Source: Folioceros fuciformis (Eukaryota). From it: 20,314 nucleotides of DNA. The notes under the pieces were generated by a model that saw only the letters and a list, made by a program, of their open reading frames with translations, did not search any database and was not told the DNA's origin. The stretch lies in assembly GCA_049999805.1 (NCBI GenBank), contig JBNGIO010005494.1, positions 62,001-82,314 on the forward strand, in the 5' to 3' direction. The position numbers and the translations under genes were made by a program. Of the stretch, positions 10,389-20,230 are shown in pieces; position 1 is the stretch's first letter, and the number at the start of each line of letters is the position of its first letter.

Positions 10389-13300
10389 TCAGTCTTCACT
10401 GCAGGCTGATATGCCCAGTCTAAATGCATGTTTGTTATGCTGCTCCTTAGACAGGGCCTTAGTAAGTAGATCAGCTGGATTTTCAGCAGAAGGTATGTAG
10501 GTGACTGCAATTTGTCCATTTCCTACCACTTCTCGTATAAAATGATGATGTATCTCCATGTGTCTAACCTTGGAGTGGAAGACCGAATTGCGTGATAGTG
10601 CAATGGCTCCTTGGTTGTCGCAATGGAGAATGGTTGCCTCCCTCTGGGTTACCCCTACATCTGCCAGGTTTCTTCTCACCCAGATCGCTTCTTTTGCTAC
10701 CACTATCAAAGCCTTATATTCTGCTTCTGTGCTGGAAGTGGAAATGGTGGCCTGTTTCTTGCTGGTCCAAGAAATGGGACCTCCAGCAAGCATAAATACG
10801 AAGGCTGACATTGACTTTCGACTATCCAGGTCAGAAGCCCTGTCAGAGTCGCAGAAAACCCTCAAGAGTAAGCTCCTTGTCCTCTGTTCCCACATAGGTT
10901 ATGCCATGATTTGCAGTGCTCTTCAGGTAACGAAAGGTTCTTTTTACCTGACTCCAGTGCTCTAGATGTGGACTATCCAGGAATTGGGATTCCAAGTTGA
11001 CTGAAAGGGCTATGTCAGGCCTTGTAACATTTGAGAGATATATCAAGGTGCCAAGAGCATGCCTGTATGGCCTCCTTGACATTTCTTCCGCTTCCTCTGA
11101 GGTTATCTGTACCATGTTCTTCTGCAGTCTTAGCCCTGTAGCAAGAGGGGTGGCACTCCCGTTTGCTTCACTCATGTTAAACTTCTTAAGACTGTCTCTT
11201 ACATATTTCCTTTGAAATATGGACAGTGTCCGTGCTCTCTTGTCTCGTTTGATCTCTATGCGTAGGCACTAGGTCAATTCACCAAGCTCGGTCATCTCGA
11301 ATTCTCGCTTCAGCAGTTCTTTCACTTTCTGGAGAAGACTTCCCTTGCCCTTGGTGGCTGCTAGAATCAAGTCATCAACATATAGTAGCAAAATCAGAAA
11401 TTCTCTGCCTTCTTGCAGCACATACAAGCCAGGGTCAGCGGTGCCCTGCTTGAAGCCCAGCTTCTTAAGGTGTGCATCTATCCTTTGACTCCAGGCTCGA
11501 GGGCTCTGTTTGAGCCCGTACAAAGTCTTCTGTAATTTGCAGACCAGATGACCAGAATTCAGCTTGACATAACCCTCTGGTTGCTCCATGTACAGGTCTT
11601 CCTCTAGCATGCCGTGCAAAAACGCTGTTTTCACATCCATTTGTTCCAAGTCCAAGTCCATGTGAGCAGCCAGAGCCAAGACCATACGCAAGGTAGAAAA
11701 TTTGACAACTGGTGCAAAGGTGTCGAAGTAATCGACTCCTGGAATCTGCGAGAAGCCCCTTGCAACCAAGCGGGCCTTGTACCTTGCAATGCTCCCGTCA
11801 GCATTCATCTTACGCTTAAACACCCACTTGCAAGTTATGGGCTTCCTTCCCTCTGGTAACTCAGCTAGAGTCCATGTTCCATTTTAATGATTGAGGAATA
11901 CTCCTCATCCACTGCTTTCTGCCAGTATTTTGCTTCAGGACCTGAATAAGCCTGCTGCATGTTTGCAGGTTTCGTGGAGTCAGTGGTAGCTGCAAGCAAA
12001 GCCTGTACATAGGCTGTAGACGGGGCTGCGTCCTCTTCTGAATGGCCAGCACTATGTAACTCTCCACCAGCTCCAGGTGCCCCCACTGGATGTATATCAA
12101 TGGCAGCAAGGGTGCTATCTTGATCCTTGCTGCCTTTTTGCTTTCTCGTCTTAGACTTGCTCGTAGCTGCAGGTCTCCAGTTCTCCATCTCCAAAGGAGG
12201 CTCCTTCCATGGTCTATTCTGCTCTCTTAAGCTGTATCTTCGGGGCTGCTCTACAGGTGGCTGTTCAGCTGCATCAAGACCCCCAGCTACATCGATTTCA
12301 ACCCCTACTTCAGCTGCATACTCCAGATCTCCAGGGTCATGTTATGAAGGTAAGAGATTGTCTTCACCTAGAGATTCCAGCATGCTTTCATCTTCCTCAC
12401 CTGACTGGTCAAAGCGAGCTACTTCCAGGGTGTCCACATCAGCTTGACTCATCACCTGGAAGTCCTCAAACGACTCTTCTTCTTCATCAGCTTCAACAAC
12501 CACAGTTGGTATTTGCTCAACACTGCTGCCAGTATTGAGAGTGGCTGTGGGCGGTCGCATTACACTTCGTTCATCGAACACCACACTCCTAGCATGACTA
12601 ACATCACGTGTTGCAGGGTCATACAATTTGTAGGCCTTTATACCATCTGTATACCCTATGAACACTAACTTATGTGCTCGATCATGCAGCTTGGTTTCTC
12701 TCTTGGGCTTTGGAACAAAAGCATAAGCCGGTGCGCCAAAGATACGAAGGTGTTGAAGTGTAGGCTTCCTGCCCCACCATGCCTCAAAAGGAGTCTGACC
12801 AGGTACAACCCGAGTAGGTAACCTGCTCAGTAAATAATTTGCTGTGTTAATGGCCTCGGCCCAATACCCTCGAGGTAGACGGGCTTGCTTTAGCAACGCT
12901 CTAGCAGTCTCTTGAAGTAGTTGATTTTTCTTCTCAGCCACGCCATTGAGTTGAGCTATATGCGGGACTGTAAGCTGCCTCTGGAAGCCGAGAGACCGAC
13001 AATATGCCTGAAAAGCACCTGAGGTATACTCCCCACCATTGTCAGATCTTAGGCATCGAAGTTGGTGACCAGTCTGTCGTTCTCCCATTGGCAAATAATC
13101 TTTGAATCGCTGAAGTGCCTCGCTCTTGTGTCTCAAAATGTACAAAATGCAATAGCGGGTGAAATCATCAATGAACGTCAGAAAATATTCACCTCCACCA
13201 ATCGAAGGCACTGAGATAGGTCCACAAATGTCCGAATGGACAAGCTCCAAGGGTACAGAGGCACGATGAGCTCCATCTTTGTCAAACGCAAACTCATGGT

Positions 13301-13937
13301 GTTTGCCATAAATGCAGGATTCACACAAAGGTAGAGCCCCCACTGAACCTAATATGCCATCTGAATAGAGAGAACTCTTGGCCATCGACAATAGCTTTCT
13401 TTCATGTGGGTGGCCATAGCGCAGGTGCCAAAGCATGGCAGTCTCGCTAGGGGTGAGGTTTGCAGAAACATCAGCAACATGTAAAGTGGGCAAGCGACTT
13501 CCAACTACACTCAACTGGTAAATGTCGTTGACCGGATACCCTTCAGCCAACACCTCATCTGATCTTGCACCATTGGTGATTGTACACTTCTCGCCACGGA
13601 AGGAAACTTGCATGCTTGTATTTGATGTAAGCCTACGAACAGATAACAAATTTTTTGTCATTGCAGGAATGTGGAGAACATTCAACAGCTCCAATTGTTT
13701 CCCATGATGTAGCTGCAAGGTAACCTTCCCTGTCCCCACAATTGGAAGGGTGCTCTCATCTCCAAGGAGAACAGACTGAACATCTTGATAATGCTGGTAC
13801 TCATGAAATTGTGCACGATCATGGCAGATATGCACCGATGCACCCGAGTCTATGAACCATGCAAGGGTGTGGGTCCCGGATGTGGTGAGACACACAGTCA
13901 AGATGACCTGTGTCGACTTCTTCCTAGAGGTTTGCAC
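10389..13937 (-). pseudogene. pol: Copia pol (protease, integrase, RT, RNase H), fragmented
   Basis: PR: WFIDSGASVH. Integrase zinc finger: LWHLRYGH...CESC. Integrase core: LVHSDICGP, FIDDFTR, LRSDNGGEY, NGVAEKKN. RT: YKARLVARGFSQ, QMDVKTAFL, LYGLKQSPR, LLYVDDL. RNase H: FCDSD, STEAEY, CDNQGAI, ADLLTK. Confidence 0.97.
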
Positions 13938-13939
13938 AG

Positions 13940-15050
13940 AATGTGCTTCCGGAGAGCCAGCACTCTCCTTCCGCGGCTCACCAGCCTTTCGCTTGCGACA
14001 GTTTCGAGCCCAGTGGCCAGGTATGCCACATTAGTTGCAATGACCCGACTTTTTCTGATTGCTTGAGGTCTGACCCGGTCCACTGGAATTGGACCTGCCG
14101 CCCCTGTTTGCATTCCAGCCTCCTCGTCGTCCTCTGTAGGGCTTGCCCCTACCAGCAAATAGGGCTTGCTGGCCCTGAATTTGTTGTTTCCCAGAGTGAG
14201 GACAGCCGGGTTGCTTCCTCTTAGAGCATAGCCCCCACCACACCGTTAAATGTAAGGGGATCAGCTTCAATCTTCAAAGCCTTTGCAAGACGAGCTTCGA
14301 CCTTCGCCATGGCTTGCTAGCCGGTGACAAAGGGCCCGTAGCTCGGAGGTAGTGATTTCAGTAATTTGCAACTAGCATCATAGTCGGTAATCTTCGTTCC
14401 TGTAGAACTCAGCTTGGCTCGGGCAATGCGAAACACCCGATGTAGTGTTCTACTGTTTCACCTTCCTGCATTCTAAGAGAGTAATATTTTGCTGATGCAG
14501 CCATGGACGCCACCATATCGTGGGATGCAAACATCATCGCCAGATGCGTCCACATATCCATGGCAGAGTCCCCCGGCCCATCGGAGGCTTGCCTCATCAT
14601 CTCTGGGGACAAACCTGATCTAATCAGGTTCTTTTCTCGAATGTCCGCCAAATGCCAAATCGGCATGTCAGGAGAGGTTTCTTCAGGTTTCACAGTCTCG
14701 CCATTCACCATGTGCCATAAATTCTTTTCTTCAAGTGCGCCTTGCATGTGCATTACCCATATATCGTATTCACTTCCAGTAACAAGGCGGTCCTTTTCCT
14801 TGAACCCGCCACTAGTAAGAGATTGAAGTGCTTGGAGCACATCCTCCCTCGCTTTTTCGTCTAACTCCGACATGCTTCTGTTTGTGTCTGACCAGTTGGT
14901 AGTTACTGACACTCGTGCTGAATCCACATCCATGCCCCTGGCAGACCTTGTGTCCGAGGATAGATCTTCATCATCAAAATCTATCAAACCAACTTCTCTT
15001 GCAAGATGCTGCAACCCGATGGGCGTTCTATATGGTCGTTCTTCACTCAT
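13940..15050 (-). pseudogene. gag: Copia gag with CCHC zinc knuckle, fragmented
   Basis: GSEYDIWVMHMQGALEEKNLWHMVNG, LRMQEGETVEHYI, LLKSLPPSYGPFVT, an RG-rich tract, and knuckle CN*CGIPGHWARNC at ~14000-14040 with an internal stop. Confidence 0.9.
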
Positions 15051-15076
15051 CAGCAACTGTCATTTTTAGACTCGAC

Positions 15077-15586
15077 TTATTGTTGTTGACACTGTGTGCA
15101 AATAGTGTGATTTTGATGGGTAGCAAGTGACTCTAAAACTTTGGTTTGTTCCTGGATGTGCGGTTTTGCAAGAATAAACAACTTAGCATCTACTTGCTGC
15201 AGGTGGGAGTCAAGTCTAGCGATTTGGTCAGTGAGGCTGTCCAAAGTTGACAGGATATGTTGGGTGCGATAGAGTGCAGTGCCGTTTATATTATCCAGAT
15301 GCTGAGTAAGGTGCTGAACGAAGGCTGTGAGAGACTCTTCCCTTTCCCTTGTCAAAGACTCAACCCGACGACAGGGTTCTGACTCCCTACATCTGTTTGC
15401 TAGAGACCTGCGGTAAGCGTGGATGCTTGGATTGGCATTGACAAGATGTGGGATCCTCTCAAGAAAGTTGTGCAGCCTACTAACGTGTTGTCCCCATGGC
15501 GAAGGAATGTTTGTAACTTCGTAAGGTGGGACAGCATGAAAGACTCTTCGCTGATTTCCCCGGCTGCGCCTTTGGCATTGTGCCAT
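15077..15586 (-). CDS. Extra 169-aa ORF between PBS and gag (unknown product, predicted coiled coil)
   Basis: ATG-initiated 510-nt open frame on the element's sense strand. Leucine periodicity in ILSTLDSLTDQIARLDSHLQQVDAKL and a C-terminal HxxCxxC. It is in a different frame from gag. Confidence 0.55.
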   Translation of the reverse strand: MAQCQRRSRGNQRRVFHAVPPYEVTNIPSPWGQHVSRLHNFLERIPHLVNANPSIHAYRRSLANRCRESEPCRRVESLTREREESLTAFVQHLTQHLDNINGTALYRTQHILSTLDSLTDQIARLDSHLQQVDAKLFILAKPHIQEQTKVLESLATHQNHTICTQCQQQ

Positions 15587-15704
15587 CTTCAGGAGCCAGA
15601 CTAATTCTTGTTCGTCATTTGTGCAGGCACAATTGCGCTCGCCCTCATCTCCGTAATTCCTCTTCTTGCGCGCTTGCAGGCGCCAAAGAATTCAAAGTTT
15701 TAAT

Positions 15705-15719
15705 CCGGCTCAAATACCA
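15705..15719 (-). promoter_or_regulatory. Primer-binding site (tRNA-iMet-like, degenerate)
   Basis: Minus strand reads TGGTATTTGAGCCGG directly after the LTR CA. The canonical plant iMet PBS begins TGGTATCAGAGCC. Confidence 0.8.
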
Positions 15720-15896
15720 TGATGCTGATCGAGCGAGCATGCACGCAAGCCAGCAGATCGCATAAGATAATGTATTCAGCCCTCGAAGCACAGGAACGTA
15801 CAGGTGGTTTTCATACGGCATGTTCATGTCGCTTGACATCTCGGTAGTTAAAACAAATAACCGTCCTAACATGTAAACCCTAACTACTTCCTAGAT
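15720..15896 (-). repeat. 5' LTR, outer 56 bp deleted
   Basis: Identity to the other LTR stops abruptly after TTCCTAGAT. The CATCA end and the TSD are absent. Confidence 0.9.
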
Positions 15897-16190
15897 TGTT
15901 CTTAGCTTCAGAACTTGTGGGACCCTGCAGGCTAAAGCCCTTCAAAGCTTCTGATTCATCCAAACTTGCGACCTTATACACGAATGCAGTCCTTGGTCAC
16001 CAACATTTACGGTTCATATGACCTCGCATCATTGTACTCCGCTAATGTGCACAATGGCATTTGCCCCCTTTTCATGGTCCTCTCTCGGGCACTTATAGTA
16101 CTTGGTAGTCCTTGGCCATTGACGATTCTGATTGATCCAACATTGCGTCCATCCTATCCTTTACAGACATTGGCCTTCGCCCATTGTCGG
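15897..16190 (+). repeat. Continuation of the degenerate ~175-bp tandem repeat
   Basis: TTCTGATT(C/G)ATCC occurs at ~15950 and ~16125. 15940-16073 aligns with 9685-9811. Confidence 0.65.
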
Positions 16191-16294
16191 GTTCCCAAGT
16201 CGCACCCAACTCTATCACATGCACGTGTACACTCTGAATCACACGGAATACTGTCCTGTTACGGTCTACGATGTGACTTCCACCTAGAGTTGTA

Positions 16295-17500
16295 GAAAAA
16301 TAGGCAAGGGTAGGAGCAAGCTGGCAGGGCGTTGGTGTCATACTTTGTTCCATTGACATAATTCGGAAAAAAAAAGCGTTTGTCTCCAACGTCCTGATTA
16401 GGGTGTAGGCCACAAGTAATGTTCACTCAGGGTGGTTGTAGTACGATTCATAGCCTGATGCCCTGCAGATGGGCCATCGTGGCCCGAGGCAAGGAAGTAT
16501 GGCATACCAAAGGGGACACTCTCTCACTATACTTTTTTTAAGGTTTCCCAAGGGGTATCTAGCCAAATATTCCCTTTTGATGCCTATATTTTTCCTGTCC
16601 CTTTTGGTAAACCAACCAAACCGGATGCTGCACCAAAGGGGACATGGCTTTACGATTACAGCCCGTTTTGGGCTGAATGCCGGGCGACCGTAGGGCAGAA
16701 AGCCCAAACACCCCTCCTTAACCATAGGTGGGGGCGCGCCCGTGCTTGGGCAAGACATGCTTGCGAAGCGCAAGCATGTCTGATTTGGTTTTGGCCTTCA
16801 AAGTCGCGTACGCGCCCCATGGGACGCATAATGGGTGTGTTTGTAAAAAATCCTAGAGAGAGGGGGCGTGTCCCCTTTGGTATGCCATAAGGAAGACCCA
16901 GCAGATATTGGTACCTGTGGAATGAAGAGTCGATGGCGAAACCATAGCTGGCCATCCCCCTTAGTTCTATCAGTGTTTACAACTCGAACGGCCTGAAGGG
17001 CACATCTGTCATCCGCATCTTGGACACGAGCCCTGGCAATTCCATCCCGCCAGTCGGATGGAATACGTAACTCCTTGAGTGCGATCGTTTGCACCACACT
17101 TAACGCATCAGCAATATGGTTTTGATGGCCTTTGATGTAACATATCTCATATTGGTATTGCTGGAGCATCTCAAGCTATCGGGCTCCTTGCATGAGATAG
17201 TCGTCAGCTAATAGACATAAATACGAGGGCAGTGGTCTGTCTCCAGTTCGAAAGGGGCACCTTCTAACAATGAACGCCATGGCTTGACTGTCAAGATTTG
17301 AGCGAAGGACTCCTTCTCGCTTGTTCTCTGTAGATGAACTCGGCTCCCATCAACCTCCGCGAGAAGAAAGCAATAGTCTGCCGGCCTGGGTCTCCAGTTC
17401 TGTGGCAAGACCACACCAACGACCAGGTTGGAGACATGGGTTGTAATATTAACAGGTACGGCTTGGTTTGGGTGTGCTAACATAGGGGCATTCCCCAAAG
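16295..17500 (-). mobile_element. pol: Degenerate Ty3/gypsy pol fragment (RNase H to integrase zinc finger), interrupted by a MITE
   Basis: RNase H: APMLAHPN...VGVVL, SEKE...WRSLLEGAPFELETDH, LQQYQYEICYIKGHQNHIADALS, GDGQLWFRHRLFIP. After the MITE: HDGPSAGH...HYLWP and CQWNK...RPASLLLPLPI. RNase H preceding integrase is the gypsy order. Confidence 0.88.
16498..16889. mobile_element. Complete 392-bp non-autonomous DNA transposon (MITE), 22-bp perfect TIRs, 6-bp TSD
   Basis: TATGGCATACCAAAGGGGACAC (16498-16519) and its exact reverse complement (16868-16889). AGGAAG lies on both flanks (16492-16497, 16890-16895). Gypsy coding sequence is present on both sides. Confidence 0.95.
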
Positions 17501-17649
17501 CAGTCTGCCTATCACGAACTTGGTTGTCTTGAACAGCACCTCAAGTCTAAACCTAGCAGGAGGCATGCCCAAGTGCACGCCTCCCCTCCCCATACATTTG
17601 TTTGCACACATAGGCTCTACGCATCCCCTGTGGTTTGTACACGAGTTTG

Positions 17650-17938
17650 AAAACCAAACCGGACATTTGGCAAAAGCATGGTCAAACGGCGTGTGTGCAC
17701 GGTTAGAACCATGTTCCAGGTGTTTGAGGCTGGAACACGGTCAGCCTTGGGGTTGAAAGCTGAAACACCACCTGTAACCATGGGTGGGTGCACACCCGTG
17801 CTTGGGCAAGGTTTGCTTGCAAAGTGCACGCATGTCCTGTTTGGATGTGGCTCTCAAACTTGCATACGCATGAAAGTGGATGCGTAAACCATGTATTCCA
17901 CTTAAAGAGAGGGGACGCGTCCCCTTTGGGTTGCCTTA
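17650..17938 (+). mobile_element. Diverged right-hand part of the same MITE family
   Basis: 17762-17845 aligns with 16705-16790 (AACCATRGGTGGG..CCCGTGCTTGGGCAAG..TGCTTGC). It ends in GCGTCCCCTTTGGGTTGCCTTA (18/22 to the TIR). Confidence 0.7.
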
Positions 17939-18461
17939 ATCATGTATTCAGGGACTCCAGTTCAGGGTCGGTGTTGTCACATTCCATGTTTGTTCAAGCT
18001 GGTGCCAAAGTCTGTACAAGTCATGGCAATGACGCTGCCTCTTCTCCAAGCCCAGTTCGTACATCATGCATCCCCTTTGCAGCGTCCACGCCCCCTTCTG
18101 AAAGACATGAAGGTGTTTTATCTCATTCATAAGAAAGGAACCCACAATAACTCGCAAGTGTTGTCCTTGGAATCCCAAAAACTGCACAAATAGTGTGTAG
18201 GGTGAGTTTAGGGTTCTACATGTACCATATTACATAATATACGTACACAAATTTTTAATACATTTATCTCAAGAGTTCTGCTAATGGTACCCAATGCCAT
18301 ACTCTAAGGATGTGCCATTTACCGTACACAGTCAACTATGTTTGCCTCAATGGATGTAAGCAATGATGATGCAAAGGAGAACTTTGCTTTCAGAGCTAAG
18401 GAACCATGCCTCCATATATGGGTTCATGAGTACGCATGCATGGCATGCAAAAGAGGACACG

Positions 18462-18580
18462 TATGGCATACTAAAGGGGACACGGGCCCTCTCTCTAGGA
18501 TTTTTTACAGACACACCTGTTATGCATCCTATGGGGCGCGTACGCGACTTTGAAGGCCAAATCCAAACCAGACATTTGAC
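18462..18580 (-). mobile_element. Inverted, truncated right end of the same MITE family, preceded by an older TIR at 18439-18460
   Basis: Reverse complement of ~16775-16889, with TIR 21/22. The adjacent CATGGCATGCAAAAGAGGACAC matches the TIR at 18/22. Confidence 0.88.
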
Positions 18581-18659
18581 AGATGCATGTGAAACAACTT
18601 GTGTGGAGGGCACTTGAAAAACGCTCTTAACCCTAAGCCCTAAATCCTAAACCCAAATA

Positions 18660-19080
18660 CGCCTGTCTGGTAGGTGTATAGCTGCACAACGCAACCCGAT
18701 ATCGTATCCCCTAAACTCTGTTGGGCGAAACCTCTCGCCATTAAATTGTTGCTCACACCATAGTCAAGGAAAATGTGACAAGGGTGACTACTTCTTTCTG
18801 CCTGCAACGGAGGCCTTGCAAGAGGTCCTCCTTCCATTGTTGTTGAGTACGGGGATGCCATCATTACTATTCTGAGGCAATCTTTGATTCATAAATGGAG
18901 GAGTAAGAATTGGCATGGAGTGAGGGAGAGCTTGTATGGTACCCCAGCAATAGACGACTGGATGTGGGAAGGAGCACCCCTCAACGGGGCCCACGTACGC
19001 CGGACATGAAAAGGAGTGGCCTATGTCGTAGAAACACAAACCGGTTGTAGAGGCAACCGTGGTCGTCGAGTCCCCAACCT
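18660..19080 (-). pseudogene. Degenerate gypsy zinc-knuckle/aspartic protease remnant
   Basis: GLCFYDIGHSFSCP (decayed CCHC), followed by HPCHIFLDYGVSNNLMARGFAQ (decayed DSG protease motif). Same strand and expected order relative to the RNase H fragment. Confidence 0.55.
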
Positions 19081-19264
19081 CTGTCGTGGCACAAGACTTG
19101 TTTTACAAGAATATATATAGTAGCCTAGAGGTAGGCTGGCTATATATGTGATTTTGGCCATTTGGAAATAGCTATTAATTAGCTGACCCCATATGAAGCT
19201 ATGTAGCTGACATTATGAGGATAGGTTATTAGGCCATTTCTAGAATCAGGGCTGCAAACCCGGC

Positions 19265-19600
19265 AGGTGGCTCGTGGGCTACATCATGCAGCCCGCTGCT
19301 GCAACGGCCAAAGGATCACGCAAGGTGGTGGCCTCATCACACGGATAGGGAGGTGCTAGCTCATGATGGCGGTCAAGACCTCAAGACTGGCGATGGCAGC
19401 TGCAACAACCAATTGTCGAAGTCTGTGGAAAGGGAATGTTGCTGAATTTCTGATTGGATTGCAAGGTTTTGGTGTGCATGTGGCTTAGAACGATTGCTAT
19501 GTGTGTGGGTGCTATGGCAGGTCACGGATTTACCAACTCCAGGCAACCCTTGGAGGGCAGCCCTTTTGATTCGTATTTGCACCGAAGTGCACCACAACAC
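19265..19600 (+). pseudogene. Possible L1-like LINE ORF2 post-RT remnant
   Basis: WATSC..LQRPKD / GGGLI and WVLWQV...PGNPWRAALL loosely resemble the WxxxxxPKxxGGLG ... KW...PW region of L1-clade ORF2. Heavily decayed. Confidence 0.2.
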
Positions 19601-20089
19601 ACGTGAGCGCTGCTGGCATGTCTCTGGGGGTGTGGCATGGACAGAATTTTCTGTTTGTTTTGGGTTTATGGGTTTAGAGTTGTGTGAAATGTTTGCTTGA
19701 ATCCAGGAAGTGGTGGTGTTCTGTTTTTGGGTGTTTACAATTGAATAAGAGGAAGATATCATACTGCACAATGCATGAATGGCATATCATACGTTTTGTG
19801 GAATTAATTTTGAGGAAAAAAATATACACTTCCATGTTTGACCTCTATATATGTCAGTATTCACATGACGATTTTACATGTTCAAATAGTTGTATACTGA
19901 TAATCCAGAAGGGCAGCCGTGAGATTTCCAGCAAATATCCTAATCCCATCAAACGTGGGTACCCAACAACCAATACAATAATGAAGAAAGGGTTACCCTA
20001 TACCCAAGTACCCGTATGGTACACCTCACCTTCATTCCGGTGTTGTAGCAGTGGGTCAGGGATCCAGCGCATGCATGTGTTTGTGGTTG

Positions 20090-20230
20090 TGCGGAACTAG
20101 GGTTCCAATCCCACGAACCTGTCATTCCTCTTACGAGCTGTCCATATGTATCGGGATTCGCCCAGGTCGGGCTGCAAACCATTCCAGTAAGCCGAGCGCT
20201 CCATCACGATGTTGTGCAGGGGAGGGTGGG
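20090..20230 (-). pseudogene. Possible gypsy gag capsid remnant
   Basis: The minus strand reads VMERSAYWNGLQPDLG, resembling the (F/Y)xxGLxPxL gag motif. It lies upstream of the knuckle/protease remnant. Confidence 0.25.

Larger units (their letters stand above)
9812..15896 (-). mobile_element. Ty1/copia LTR retrotransposon, near full length, inactivated
   Basis: Two direct LTRs, a PBS, a PPT, and domain order gag-PR-IN-RT-RNaseH on the minus strand, which is diagnostic of copia. Several in-frame stops and frameshifts. Confidence 0.97.

Noticed and set aside
9740-15872. Duplicated 74-75 aa ORFs (MLGQLFVL.../MLGRLFVL...)
   Set aside because: They are translations of the two LTRs. The same applies to the repeated ORFs at 6147/16469 and 16798/18338, which translate MITE ends.
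15897-15910. TGTTC as the start of a second LTR element nested in the 5' LTR
   Set aside because: The sequence aligns in register with the host tandem repeat, and the rest of the LTR never reappears in the window.
6146-16889. One giant transposon from the 6146 TIR to the 16889 TIR
   Set aside because: The right flank AGGAAG matches the 16498 end, not CTGAGG at 6140-6145.
19249-20180. 12-bp direct repeat GGGCTGCAAACC
   Set aside because: There is no flanking similarity or element termini to support a TSD, so it is probably chance.
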